Shown: positions 56,212 to 64,000 of the stretch, one piece after another
How positions within the stretch are numbered: the first letter of the stretch is position 1
How the letters are laid out: each line of letters begins with the position of its first letter
DNA from: a virus
DNA: 64,000 nt
IMG/VR virus record: IMGVR_UViG_3300049489_000707
Coordinates: 86,726 to 150,725 of that record
Reading direction: 5' to 3' (one strand)
Translations under genes and position numbers: made by a program
Notes under the pieces: model-generated
Databases searched by the model: none
What the model saw: only the letters and a program-made list of their open reading frames with translations
Told to the model about the DNA's origin: nothing

Positions 56212-57505
56212 TGCGGCTCCTGAACGTCTTCATCAGTGCCTTGACCGTCTCAGCGTCGATGTTGGAGCTGAAGTCCAGCACGTAGCCGTCACCGTAGGCT
56301 GTGGTCTTGATGCTCTTGGCGAGGTCGCGGAAGCAGATGCAACCCTTGAATTTGTTGTTCTCGAACTGGTGGCCTTCGCAGATTTCACAGGGCCGCTCGG
56401 CTTCGGACTTGCCGACAGCGAGGCCTGGTTGCTTGGGAGCCTTGGGGAGCTTGGGCTTCGGCGCTGCGCCTTGAGTGGCCTGGCCCATGGTCGGCTGCTT
56501 CTGCGGAGGCATGGCGCCTTGAGGGCCTTGCTGCGCGGTAGGCTTGTGGCTGCTGCCTGGTAGCTCGACCTTGCCGAACTGAGGATTCTTCGCGTTGCCG
56601 GCCCAGAGCGCTTCGCCCTCGTCCGTTTGTAGCTTTGATGGATGCACTGTTTTTCCTGTAACTTTCTGGGCGTGGGCATACATCGCCGACGCAACACCTC
56701 GACGCTGATGAGCTTCATCAACGCCAACGGTGCCAGCAACCAGGGCGTTGCCATGGTGCTTGAAAGTGGCGACACCAACTGGGTCGCCGATGTGGTCTGG
56801 GTGAAATGCCCGGACGGTAGTCATTGAGCCGTTGTGCTCATGATGAAAGGTGTAGCCGGCGTTCGGGTCCAAGACCTTCTTACCCAAGCCAGGCTTGAAC
56901 TCACCCTTGTACTTCTTCTGATGCCAGTTGGCGATCTCGCCCGCGTCTTTCAGATTGCCGATGCCGCGCTGGACGGTCGACTTGGAGAGGGTGTGAACTA
57001 CCAGGTAGGGGCGCTCTGATGAGCTGTCACGCTCTACGTGGTAGTGACCGTGCTGGGTGATAGTCTGGGGACTGAGCACCTTGGGTGACTTCAGTTCCTG
57101 CATCAGCACCTGGGCCTTGGCCAGGGTGTCGATGCTCTTGCCGAGCTTCACCAGTACAGTGTCACGGACATCGGCGTCAAGAGTACCGGTCTCTACGCCC
57201 AGGGCCATGGCGATGCTGGCAGCGAGGTGGTAAATGCTGGCTTGCTCGAAGCTGTAAACGCCTTCGTTGAGGGTGATACTGCCACTGAAGCCACTGTCCG
57301 ACTTCTGAAACTGGACGTAGCTGTTCTCGATGCCTGGGATTGGCCCCTCGTACTCGTGGGCAGCGGTGAATGAGAGCCAGCCTACAATGGCGCGGGGGAT
57401 GAGGATTTGATCCAGCTGAGGCTCACGCTCAGCAGCCTTCCGCAGGGCTTGTGCCCCGTCGGTACCCAGCGCTGCTGCCATGAATTTCCTGCCCAAGTCG
57501 GACAT
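56204..57505 (-). CDS. Head-associated multi-domain protein with GNAT acetyltransferase domain (433 aa)
   Basis: VGVDEAHQRRGVASAMYAHA acetyl-CoA motif A; C-terminal CEIC...CIC; GGAG SD at ATG 57505. Confidence 0.7.
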   Translation of the reverse strand: MSDLGRKFMAAALGTDGAQALRKAAEREPQLDQILIPRAIVGWLSFTAAHEYEGPIPGIENSYVQFQKSDSGFSGSITLNEGVYSFEQASIYHLAASIAMALGVETGTLDADVRDTVLVKLGKSIDTLAKAQVLMQELKSPKVLSPQTITQHGHYHVERDSSSERPYLVVHTLSKSTVQRGIGNLKDAGEIANWHQKKYKGEFKPGLGKKVLDPNAGYTFHHEHNGSMTTVRAFHPDHIGDPVGVATFKHHGNALVAGTVGVDEAHQRRGVASAMYAHAQKVTGKTVHPSKLQTDEGEALWAGNAKNPQFGKVELPGSSHKPTAQQGPQGAMPPQKQPTMGQATQGAAPKPKLPKAPKQPGLAVGKSEAERPCEICEGHQFENNKFKGCICFRDLAKSIKTTAYGDGYVLDFSSNIDAETVKALMKTFRSRNG

Positions 57506-57521
57506 CGTCGTCTCCAAGGCT

Positions 57522-57528
57522 AAGATTA
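57522..57528 (-). promoter_or_regulatory. Late promoter motif TAATCTT
   Basis: Overlaps upstream TAA stop; 16 nt before ATG 57505. Confidence 0.7.
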
Positions 57529-58392
57529 CCTCGGCCCAAAGCCACCATCTTCGGGCTCAGGGGTTTGTCGGGGGCTCTCGGGGCCCGAGTCTTTGTTCTT
57601 GGGGTCTCGTCGTGCTTGGTCGTCGTGGCTCTCGTTGAGGAACAGGAACTCTCGGTTGAGAAGAGCCTGCTGAGGCATGCGAACGAGGGTTCGGTCGTCG
57701 TTGATGGGCGACTCCACCTGGGCCACGCGAATCTCGTGCAGGAGCCGGGCGCAGTACCAGAAGGGCCGGTAGCGGTAGCGAATGCTGATGACAGCGCCCC
57801 GGCCCGTCTCCAGGTCGTCGATGGGGCGTTTGCCGTTGGGCAACCAGTTCACTTGCCCATTCTTGAGGCAGAAGTCTTGTCCTTCCTTGTAGGAATCACC
57901 ACGAGAGTCCACCAGATTTTCAACGGTCACAGCGGGGAATGCCAGGCGCTCGGTCCCGCTCTCGTTGCATCGGCTCAGCTGCCACGTGGGCACTGTGATA
58001 GACTCTTCGTTGAGGTAGAAGCGGTCGAACGGGGCAAGGTAAAAGTCTTTACCTTCCTCGTATTGGCGCGGGAAGCTGGCTGTAAAGCTCGCACCGTCCA
58101 CAAAGCCAACATCCCGCAAATCCTGCTTGTTTTGGTTCCCGACGAGCAGTGACTTGATGCAGCCGGCCTTGCTGTAGAGGTAGCCGTTGCTGCAGCCGGC
58201 GTGGTCTTCATGAGGCCTGCGGTTGTCGTCCAGGTCGGTCATCCCTACTGGACAGCGAAGGGCCACGTAGTGGACCAGCTGAACGCCGTGGCTACGAATG
58301 GCCTGGTCAAAAGCCTCAGCGTCAAAGCTGACCTGGACCTCACGATGGTCGATGTTCAACGTCTCAACTGGGCTGCGGCCGTTCCTTGCCAT
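57526..58392 (-). CDS. Head-tail connector/neck protein (288 aa)
   Basis: FDQAIRSHG...ALRCPVG...CSNGYLY; SIRYRYRPFWY; late cluster. Confidence 0.6.
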   Translation of the reverse strand: MARNGRSPVETLNIDHREVQVSFDAEAFDQAIRSHGVQLVHYVALRCPVGMTDLDDNRRPHEDHAGCSNGYLYSKAGCIKSLLVGNQNKQDLRDVGFVDGASFTASFPRQYEEGKDFYLAPFDRFYLNEESITVPTWQLSRCNESGTERLAFPAVTVENLVDSRGDSYKEGQDFCLKNGQVNWLPNGKRPIDDLETGRGAVISIRYRYRPFWYCARLLHEIRVAQVESPINDDRTLVRMPQQALLNREFLFLNESHDDQARRDPKNKDSGPESPRQTPEPEDGGFGPR

Positions 58393-58394
58393 GG

Positions 58395-58718
58395 TTACTT
58401 CACCGGCTCGGCCGTCTCACAGATGGCTCGGAGTGCATCGGTGAGGTTCTCGTACTTGGGGAGCACCAACTCGAAGGCCTCGATGTCGACATGGTCGGAC
58501 TTGCTCAGCTCAGACCAGACGATTTCCGGCTCATGCTTCTGAGCGATATGACGCGCCACAGCACGGTGGGGGCCAGTACCTAGGGTCTCGTAGCCAGTGC
58601 CGCCGGGGGTGACCAGGATGTGGAGGCCGCCCTTCGTGCGCAGGTGATAGACGGGCTTGCCGTGTAGGTTGCCCACCTTCTTGGGTTTTTCGTCGATTTG
58701 TTTCGCGCTAAGGTCCAT
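58395..58718 (-). CDS. Late protein (107 aa)
   Basis: AAGGAG SD at ATG 58718; late motif upstream. Confidence 0.6.
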   Translation of the reverse strand: MDLSAKQIDEKPKKVGNLHGKPVYHLRTKGGLHILVTPGGTGYETLGTGPHRAVARHIAQKHEPEIVWSELSKSDHVDIEAFELVLPKYENLTDALRAICETAEPVK

Positions 58719-58740
58719 TTGAGACTCCTTCTTCAAAAAG

Positions 58741-58747
58741 AAGATTG
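58741..58747 (-). promoter_or_regulatory. Late promoter motif CAATCTT
   Basis: Intergenic, 22 nt before ATG 58718; back-to-back with early promoter. Confidence 0.7.
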
Positions 58748-58753
58748 CCGGCC

Positions 58754-58782
58754 TTGACGGGCGTTTTGGGGCCTGATAGGGT
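58754..58782 (+). promoter_or_regulatory. Early promoter (leaderless)
   Basis: TTGACG-17-TAGGGT, ATG 7 nt downstream. Confidence 0.65.
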
Positions 58783-58789
58783 GCGTCTC

Positions 58790-59768
58790 ATGAAAACGAA
58801 CCTCGGCACCAAGGTCTACTACACCGGCGACATGGCCAACAGCAGCGGCAACTTCGAGGTGGTAGACTTCGCAGGAAGCTACGTCACCCTTCGAGAGATT
58901 GACGGAGAGGGCCGGCGGTTCCAGGGGATTCACACCCACCAGATCGGCGACGTCTACCAGGGCCACTGCAACCCCCGCTTCGTCACCGAAGAGGCCCGTC
59001 AGGCCTTCCGGAAGGCGAGGGGCCTGTGAAGCTGGACTCTACGCTGACCCCCAAGGAACTCAGGCTGGTCAGGGCCGACCTGAAGGCCAGGGGTCTGAAG
59101 CTCCCCAAGAGCGGCTGGACGATTCAGCTCAGCAACGGTACCCGGGTCTGTAGGGACCAGCACGGCTACTACTTGACTGGACCATTTCCAGGTGTTACAT
59201 CACCGTTGGCCAAAGGCCACGTTTACATCACAGAAAGGCAGCACACATGAGCGAAGCACAGATAGACACGTTTGTAGTCCTGACTGAATCCGGCGACCTT
59301 CAGGAGAGAAACGAGAGGGTTCTGGAGGCCGTCAAGAGGATGCCACAGCAGCAAGGCACCTACCAGCAGGTCATCGACTTCATCGCTGGAACGAATGACG
59401 TCCCCATCGCCGACGGGAACGCCATCTCGGCACCCATCATCAGCGCTCTTTCGGAGCTGTACTACGAGGGCTGGCTCAATGGCGAAATCAAGGTCCCAAA
59501 TCCGAGAGCGCGGAAGACCTACACAAAGAAGGGGAAGCTTCGCAAGCCGAAAGCCAACACCTTGTACCGCTGGCTCGGTTACAAGGGCCCGGAGGTCCCC
59601 AAGGACGAGTCGTGGAAGGAGTACGCCGAACGCCTGGAAGAGGAGCTGAAGCTTGCCAAAGAAGAAGCCAAGCTCATGGAAGAGCTTGCGACCGAAGCAG
59701 GCCGGCGCTACGCCGAGGCGATGGAGACAATCCAAAAGCTTACGGCGTCGCCAGCCAAAGCTGGTTGA
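58790..59768 (+). CDS. Three early ORFs (58790-59029, 59026-59250, 59247-59768 wHTH/coiled coil-like)
   Basis: Promoter-defined start 58790; GTGA/ATGA coupling. Confidence 0.65.
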
Positions 59769-62700
59769 TGGCCTGGCTCACGCTGGGCTCGGTCAGGAGC
59801 TTGCGAATCCTGACCAGTCTCTCCAGGCTGGGCTGAGGGTCGATGCCGTACCGAGCCAGGACCTGCTCTAGGTCGCCTCCGTGGACACCTTCCAGCCAGG
59901 TCCGCAGCTGCTCGTCGGAGTCCTTGTTCAGGCTGGGCATGGCCCGGAGACGCTGCTCAGGGAGCAGGCCGTGCCAGTTGTCCCCCTTCCAGGCTCGCAG
60001 GTAGTACGGGATGAAGCTGTTCTTGTCACGGGCCGGGTCGAAGCTCGGGCCAGCAAAGGCGCTACCGTGGTCGATGAGGGCTACGGGGTGGTTGTCTTTC
60101 TCGGGACCGACCATCAGGTTCTGGCCATGCCGGTCTGGGTTGCCCAGGATATAGTCTAGGACCGCCCACTTGTGCAGCTCACCAGTGTGGCGATACTTCT
60201 CCAGCGCCTTGTGGGGCAGGCCTGGGTCCTCGAACTTGAGCTTCTCCAGGTTCTTCCAGCTGAAGGGAAGCAGGTGCAGGGCGGCCACTTCCTGACCGTC
60301 AATCAGCAAGAGGTCGGCCCGTGGCACGCGGTTGCCCAAGCCCAAGGCGTCAGCCACGTGCCAGAAGGCGGCTTCGCGCCGGCTCTGGTTGGCACCTTCC
60401 TCTCTGGCGCCCAAGGCGGGGCTCTGCTTGCCACTGCCGGGCTTCAGGAGGTACATCATACCCGTCTGGGGGTCGCGCACCATCATGGTGCCTTTGGAGT
60501 GCTTGCCACCAAGGTGGAGGTCTTGGTCGGTCTCAGCGCTGAACCCTCGACGTACCCCATCAGCAACCTCGGCTCCATCTGGCATCAGGGCCTGGATCTC
60601 GTGGGTCCTGTGCGGCTGATTCTTGTTGAGCTTCCCGTCCTGGAGGCTGACCACAGCGAGGATGGCCCTCTTGTTCTTATTATCGACGGGCAGACCCACG
60701 GAGGTGAGAGCGGCTACGTCTGCGTCAAGGCCAGAGAGAAGGGCTTGACGGAACAGGTCATAGTCAGGCTCGGTGTGAGCCAGGAACTGCGCTGCCTTCA
60801 GGAATGCTTCGAACTTCGGCTGCATACCAAGCTGGTCCTCGTAGGTATTATCATACCCTACGCCAGGATCGGACTTGACAATCTGCTCAACCTGTACATC
60901 GGCCTTTCGCAGGTCGGCCCATTCGGTCAGGAGGTCGGCCTCGGTCTTGAGGATGACTCCAACCTCTTGAGGGGTTAGATTCTGGGCCTTGATGCGAAGC
61001 TTCTGCCAGATTTGCTTGGCGATGTCGTGGCTGGCTTTCTCAGCGTTGCGGTGGCCGAGAATCTTCATGGCCTTGTGGGCCTTGTGCCGCCACATCTGGT
61101 CCTGCAGGTAGTTCTGGAGGTAGGCGATCCGCTCTTCTGGATGTCTCAGGGCGTCGTAGCCCTTGAGGGACCAATCGGTGAGCTTTTTCAGGTGTGCGTG
61201 TTCGGTCGGGTCGAGGGCCGCCAGCGTAGTGGCAACAATGCGATGGCCAGCTTCCTTGCCGTAGGTCTGCTTCAGGTGAGCGAAGATGCCGTGCTGTGTC
61301 TCGTGGCCCAGCGTACCAAGCAGGCCTGGGCCCGACTTGACGCTCATACTGAACTTGCGGCGTGCCGGAGCCACCGGAGTGTTCCGCTTCATGTTGTAGC
61401 GGACGTACCCGTGGCTCATCGCCGTTTGGAGGTCAGGCTTGTCAGCGCCCACGACTGCTATCTCCTGGTGTGCCTCGGGGGTGCGAATCATCGGGGTGCT
61501 GGGCACCTTGTTTTGGCCCAGGCGCGGGTACATCAGATAGCCGACCGTCTTCGCCAGCAGCTCGTGCTTGAGACCTGGAGGTGTGAGGTGGTGGTCAGTG
61601 ACCATGGAGCGTTGCTCTTCCGTGCATCGCGGGTGCAGGGCGGCCAGGGTCTGGAGGTCGGGGTCGAAAAGGACAGACTGAATGTGTTCCGGCGTCAAGT
61701 CGGGACGGCTCAGTGCCGCCTTTCGAGTGTAGATGTCTTCATGATGGAGCGCCTCGTGAATCATGGGCGCGGTCATCTTGGGGTGACGTGCAGCGAAAGC
61801 CCGGACCTCAGGGTCTTCGTCTTGGAGGGCCATACGAAGATGGTAGGGGGTGACGTGCTTGTTCTTCAGGGCGAGGATGCGCTCACGAGGATTCTCGTGC
61901 TGCAGCATCGCTTCAAGAGGGTCGTGTTCGGTCTTCTTGAGCTGTGGCTGGCCCTGCTTGCCGTGCAGCTGCATGGCAGTGTACGACTGGACGTAGTGGT
62001 CGTCCTTGATTTGATCTTCAGTCGCGTTGGCGCAGGCCGTGGAGCCCCAACGCCAAGCATAGGCCGCCTTCTGCGGGTCACCATGACGGTGCTTGAGACG
62101 TGCGAAGTGAGCACTGGCCAGGAGGTTGTAGAACTTGGGGTCGTTCTTGAACTTCTCCAGGAAGGTCTCAGGCGAGCTGAGGCCTGGGTACTTCTGGTTC
62201 ATCAGCTTGGACTTCGCGTACTCCTCATGCGCGGTCACCGGCTTGAAGCCGAGAGCACCGAACGCAGTATGGAACTCGCCCTTCTTGTGAGCGGCGTGCG
62301 CCATGTTCTGGCCGAAGCTCGACTCCAGATGGGCGATGGGGATGAGATCAGGATGCAGCTCCTCGGGGGTCCAGGCGGGGATGCCGCTGGCCTGGGCGAC
62401 CTCATTCATCTGCGGCTTGACAGTCTGGTGCTGCTCTGGAACATGCGGGGCCGCTGGGGCGTGGAGAGCACCGCCCATGGCAATGCTGCCAGCGAGTGCT
62501 GCGGTAGCCAGGAAGCCCTTTTTGAGACCGGCTTCAGGGTCTTGGGAGTCTAGATTACGGAGTTGTCCGGTCACGGGACTGTAGCGCTGCAGTCCCACGT
62601 GTTTGGCTGCCTCGTCTCGGTTCATGAAGACCCCGGCGTGAGTCACAAACCCGGCTTCCCAGTCGGAGCTGTTGTGTGGACCGTCTTCCCGGTGATTCAT

Positions 62701-64000
62701 GGAGCCGCCCAGAAGCCAAGGCTCGATGTTGTGGTACGCTCCGGTCTCGACAACAGTGCCATCTTTGTGCCGGAATCCAGCATTCCGGAACTCGCCCTTG
62801 GAAAGGATTTCCTCGGTTTTTTGGAGGTCCTCTGACTTGAGGGCGTAGTCGTAGCGGCCCACACGGTCATCGTAGGGGCCCTTCTTCGTCTTCTTGCCAG
62901 GCAGCTTCGGGGCTTGAGTCGCCTTGTACTCAAGCCCGTGCTTCTCGGCGAGCTTCTGGTGAACCCTAGAGGCCATGGAGCTGTGGATGTTGCCAGACAC
63001 ACTTCGTGCGCCGGCGTGGTAGGCGTGTGCCATCACCGACTCATACAGAGGCAGACCGAGCCCCTTGCCTCGGAACGACTCTTCGAGGTCGGACTGAATG
63101 AAGCGCAGATTGCCATGCTCCATCTGACCTCGGACATAGCCTACTGGCTGACTGCCGGAATGGAGCGTTGCGTGGATTGTATTGTCGGGCTCGTGTTCGA
63201 CTCGAACCTCGAATCCCCTGTGCTCAGGGCTCAATACGTGGCTGTAGTTGAAAACGTTCTTTCCGCGCTCAGTCGTGAACTTGAGGCCGCCACGGGGAAT
63301 ATCTGCGATGGCCATCTTTTCCATGTCTTCCGACTTGGCAACAATATGGCGAACGGATAGCGGATGGAAGTAGGCAAGGGCGTCCTTCACGCCGTAGCTG
63401 TGGTAGCCATGGTAGCCAAGCTTCTTGAGCTTCTTCTCGACCTGGTCAAGGTCGCTGGCCTCGAACATCATGCCGTACTTGGTCTGCTTCCACTTGCCGG
63501 CCTTGAGGTTGAGCTTGTCGTCACCCATGTCGTATAGACGAGTGCCGGCGGGTAGCTCGCCGTGGTAAAGGTGGGCAGCCGATGCAACGTGGGCTTCGGG
63601 CGTGCCCGGACGTGTGTAGTAGTACGTCCTTGGAATTCTCTTGGAGCGATTGCGCTCTTGACCTGCAGCTCCCGTCCCCTGGAACTTCGGGTCGAGTGTC
63701 TTCAGGCCTGGAGTGGTGCTGTAGTGCTGCACAGGCAGCGGCTTGGTCATCAGGAGGTCTTTCTTCTCCAGCGGCTCGTCGACCTCGCCATCTTGGCAAC
63801 CGAGCAGGCGCAGTGTGATGTTCTTTTTGGAGTGCAGGTTGCTCATGATCTCCTCAGGAATATCATGCGCCTCAACCCATTTCCACTCGGAGCACTCTTC
63901 GTCGGGGTCCTTGCCACCATCCGGGTCGCCAACCACGAGGCAACGGAAGCAGTAGATGTGCAAGTCTTCCTTGGCCTCACCCACGCCCAGGTACTCGAAG
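59740..64000 (-). CDS. Giant polyvalent protein (>1419 aa, 5' end outside window): NUDIX-like tail, ART-like, GNAT, SLT/lysozyme, HEAT repeats, zincin, PI3/4K-HipA-like kinase
   Basis: Frame open to position 64000; motifs DEECSEWKWV; QHYS...LDP...GTG...RTYYY...PE; FRGKGLG; IAHLESS; LQDEDPEVR; HETQH; GNPDRHGQN...LIDHG. Confidence 0.8.
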   Translation of the reverse strand, partial: FEYLGVGEAKEDLHIYCFRCLVVGDPDGGKDPDEECSEWKWVEAHDIPEEIMSNLHSKKNITLRLLGCQDGEVDEPLEKKDLLMTKPLPVQHYSTTPGLKTLDPKFQGTGAAGQERNRSKRIPRTYYYTRPGTPEAHVASAAHLYHGELPAGTRLYDMGDDKLNLKAGKWKQTKYGMMFEASDLDQVEKKLKKLGYHGYHSYGVKDALAYFHPLSVRHIVAKSEDMEKMAIADIPRGGLKFTTERGKNVFNYSHVLSPEHRGFEVRVEHEPDNTIHATLHSGSQPVGYVRGQMEHGNLRFIQSDLEESFRGKGLGLPLYESVMAHAYHAGARSVSGNIHSSMASRVHQKLAEKHGLEYKATQAPKLPGKKTKKGPYDDRVGRYDYALKSEDLQKTEEILSKGEFRNAGFRHKDGTVVETGAYHNIEPWLLGGSMNHREDGPHNSSDWEAGFVTHAGVFMNRDEAAKHVGLQRYSPVTGQLRNLDSQDPEAGLKKGFLATAALAGSIAMGGALHAPAAPHVPEQHQTVKPQMNEVAQASGIPAWTPEELHPDLIPIAHLESSFGQNMAHAAHKKGEFHTAFGALGFKPVTAHEEYAKSKLMNQKYPGLSSPETFLEKFKNDPKFYNLLASAHFARLKHRHGDPQKAAYAWRWGSTACANATEDQIKDDHYVQSYTAMQLHGKQGQPQLKKTEHDPLEAMLQHENPRERILALKNKHVTPYHLRMALQDEDPEVRAFAARHPKMTAPMIHEALHHEDIYTRKAALSRPDLTPEHIQSVLFDPDLQTLAALHPRCTEEQRSMVTDHHLTPPGLKHELLAKTVGYLMYPRLGQNKVPSTPMIRTPEAHQEIAVVGADKPDLQTAMSHGYVRYNMKRNTPVAPARRKFSMSVKSGPGLLGTLGHETQHGIFAHLKQTYGKEAGHRIVATTLAALDPTEHAHLKKLTDWSLKGYDALRHPEERIAYLQNYLQDQMWRHKAHKAMKILGHRNAEKASHDIAKQIWQKLRIKAQNLTPQEVGVILKTEADLLTEWADLRKADVQVEQIVKSDPGVGYDNTYEDQLGMQPKFEAFLKAAQFLAHTEPDYDLFRQALLSGLDADVAALTSVGLPVDNKNKRAILAVVSLQDGKLNKNQPHRTHEIQALMPDGAEVADGVRRGFSAETDQDLHLGGKHSKGTMMVRDPQTGMMYLLKPGSGKQSPALGAREEGANQSRREAAFWHVADALGLGNRVPRADLLLIDGQEVAALHLLPFSWKNLEKLKFEDPGLPHKALEKYRHTGELHKWAVLDYILGNPDRHGQNLMVGPEKDNHPVALIDHGSAFAGPSFDPARDKNSFIPYYLRAWKGDNWHGLLPEQRLRAMPSLNKDSDEQLRTWLEGVHGGDLEQVLARYGIDPQPSLERLVRIRKLLTEPSVSQAINQLWLATP

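Noticed and set aside
37678-62553. Long antisense ORFs (37678-38805, 44237-45610, 48267-49679, 55288-56223, 61012-62553; also 8045-8977, 13865-15067, 25022-25936, 29264-30058)
   Set aside because: Shadows of real genes caused by strong GC3 codon bias; no motifs, SD or promoter support
1-64000. Stop-codon reassignment as seen in some large phages
   Set aside because: Recognisable genes are full length in the standard code and TAA, TAG and TGA all end genes at tight stop/start junctions
1-64000. CRISPR array or cas genes accompanying mCpol
   Set aside because: No regularly spaced direct repeats or cas-like ORFs seen in this window

Overview
A 64-kb piece of a large, GC-rich, contractile-tailed (myovirus-type, probably jumbo) bacteriophage genome read in the standard genetic code. 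The minus strand carries late/virion genes: baseplate, tape measure, tail tube and sheath, neck, fibres, a GH108 endolysin, holin-like genes, GIY-YIG and HNH homing endonucleases, and several large multi-domain head-associated proteins. These are interrupted by plus-strand islands of small early genes (about 8.1-28.3, 29.1-30.3, 46.5-46.8, 49.6-54.0 and 58.8-59.8 kb) encoding Thg1-like 3'-5' polymerase, RNA ligase 1, PNK-like kinase, RNase HI, an RlaP-type nucleotidyltransferase, dNMP kinase, 5'-nucleotidase, an Ntn protease, an AAA ATPase and one atypical tRNA. Two promoter classes can be read directly from the sequence: TTGACA-17/18-TA(G/C)AA(C) early promoters, mostly placed for leaderless mRNAs, and a YAATCT(T/A) motif upstream of late genes. 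The most notable observations are (1) a phage-encoded minimal CRISPR polymerase (mCpol/Cas10-palm-like) domain in a late protein, (2) polyvalent virion proteins (NUDIX, ART-like, GNAT, lytic transglycosylase, HEAT, zincin, PI3/4K-HipA-like kinase) whose domains are delimited by a recurring L-x-K-(S/A/T/G) motif suggestive of prohead-protease processing, (3) a split gene, (4) a tRNA with a 9-nt anticodon loop, and (5) a Pth2-like gene with no canonical start, lying behind a uORF and a terminator hairpin. All family assignments come from motif recognition by eye, not database searches.
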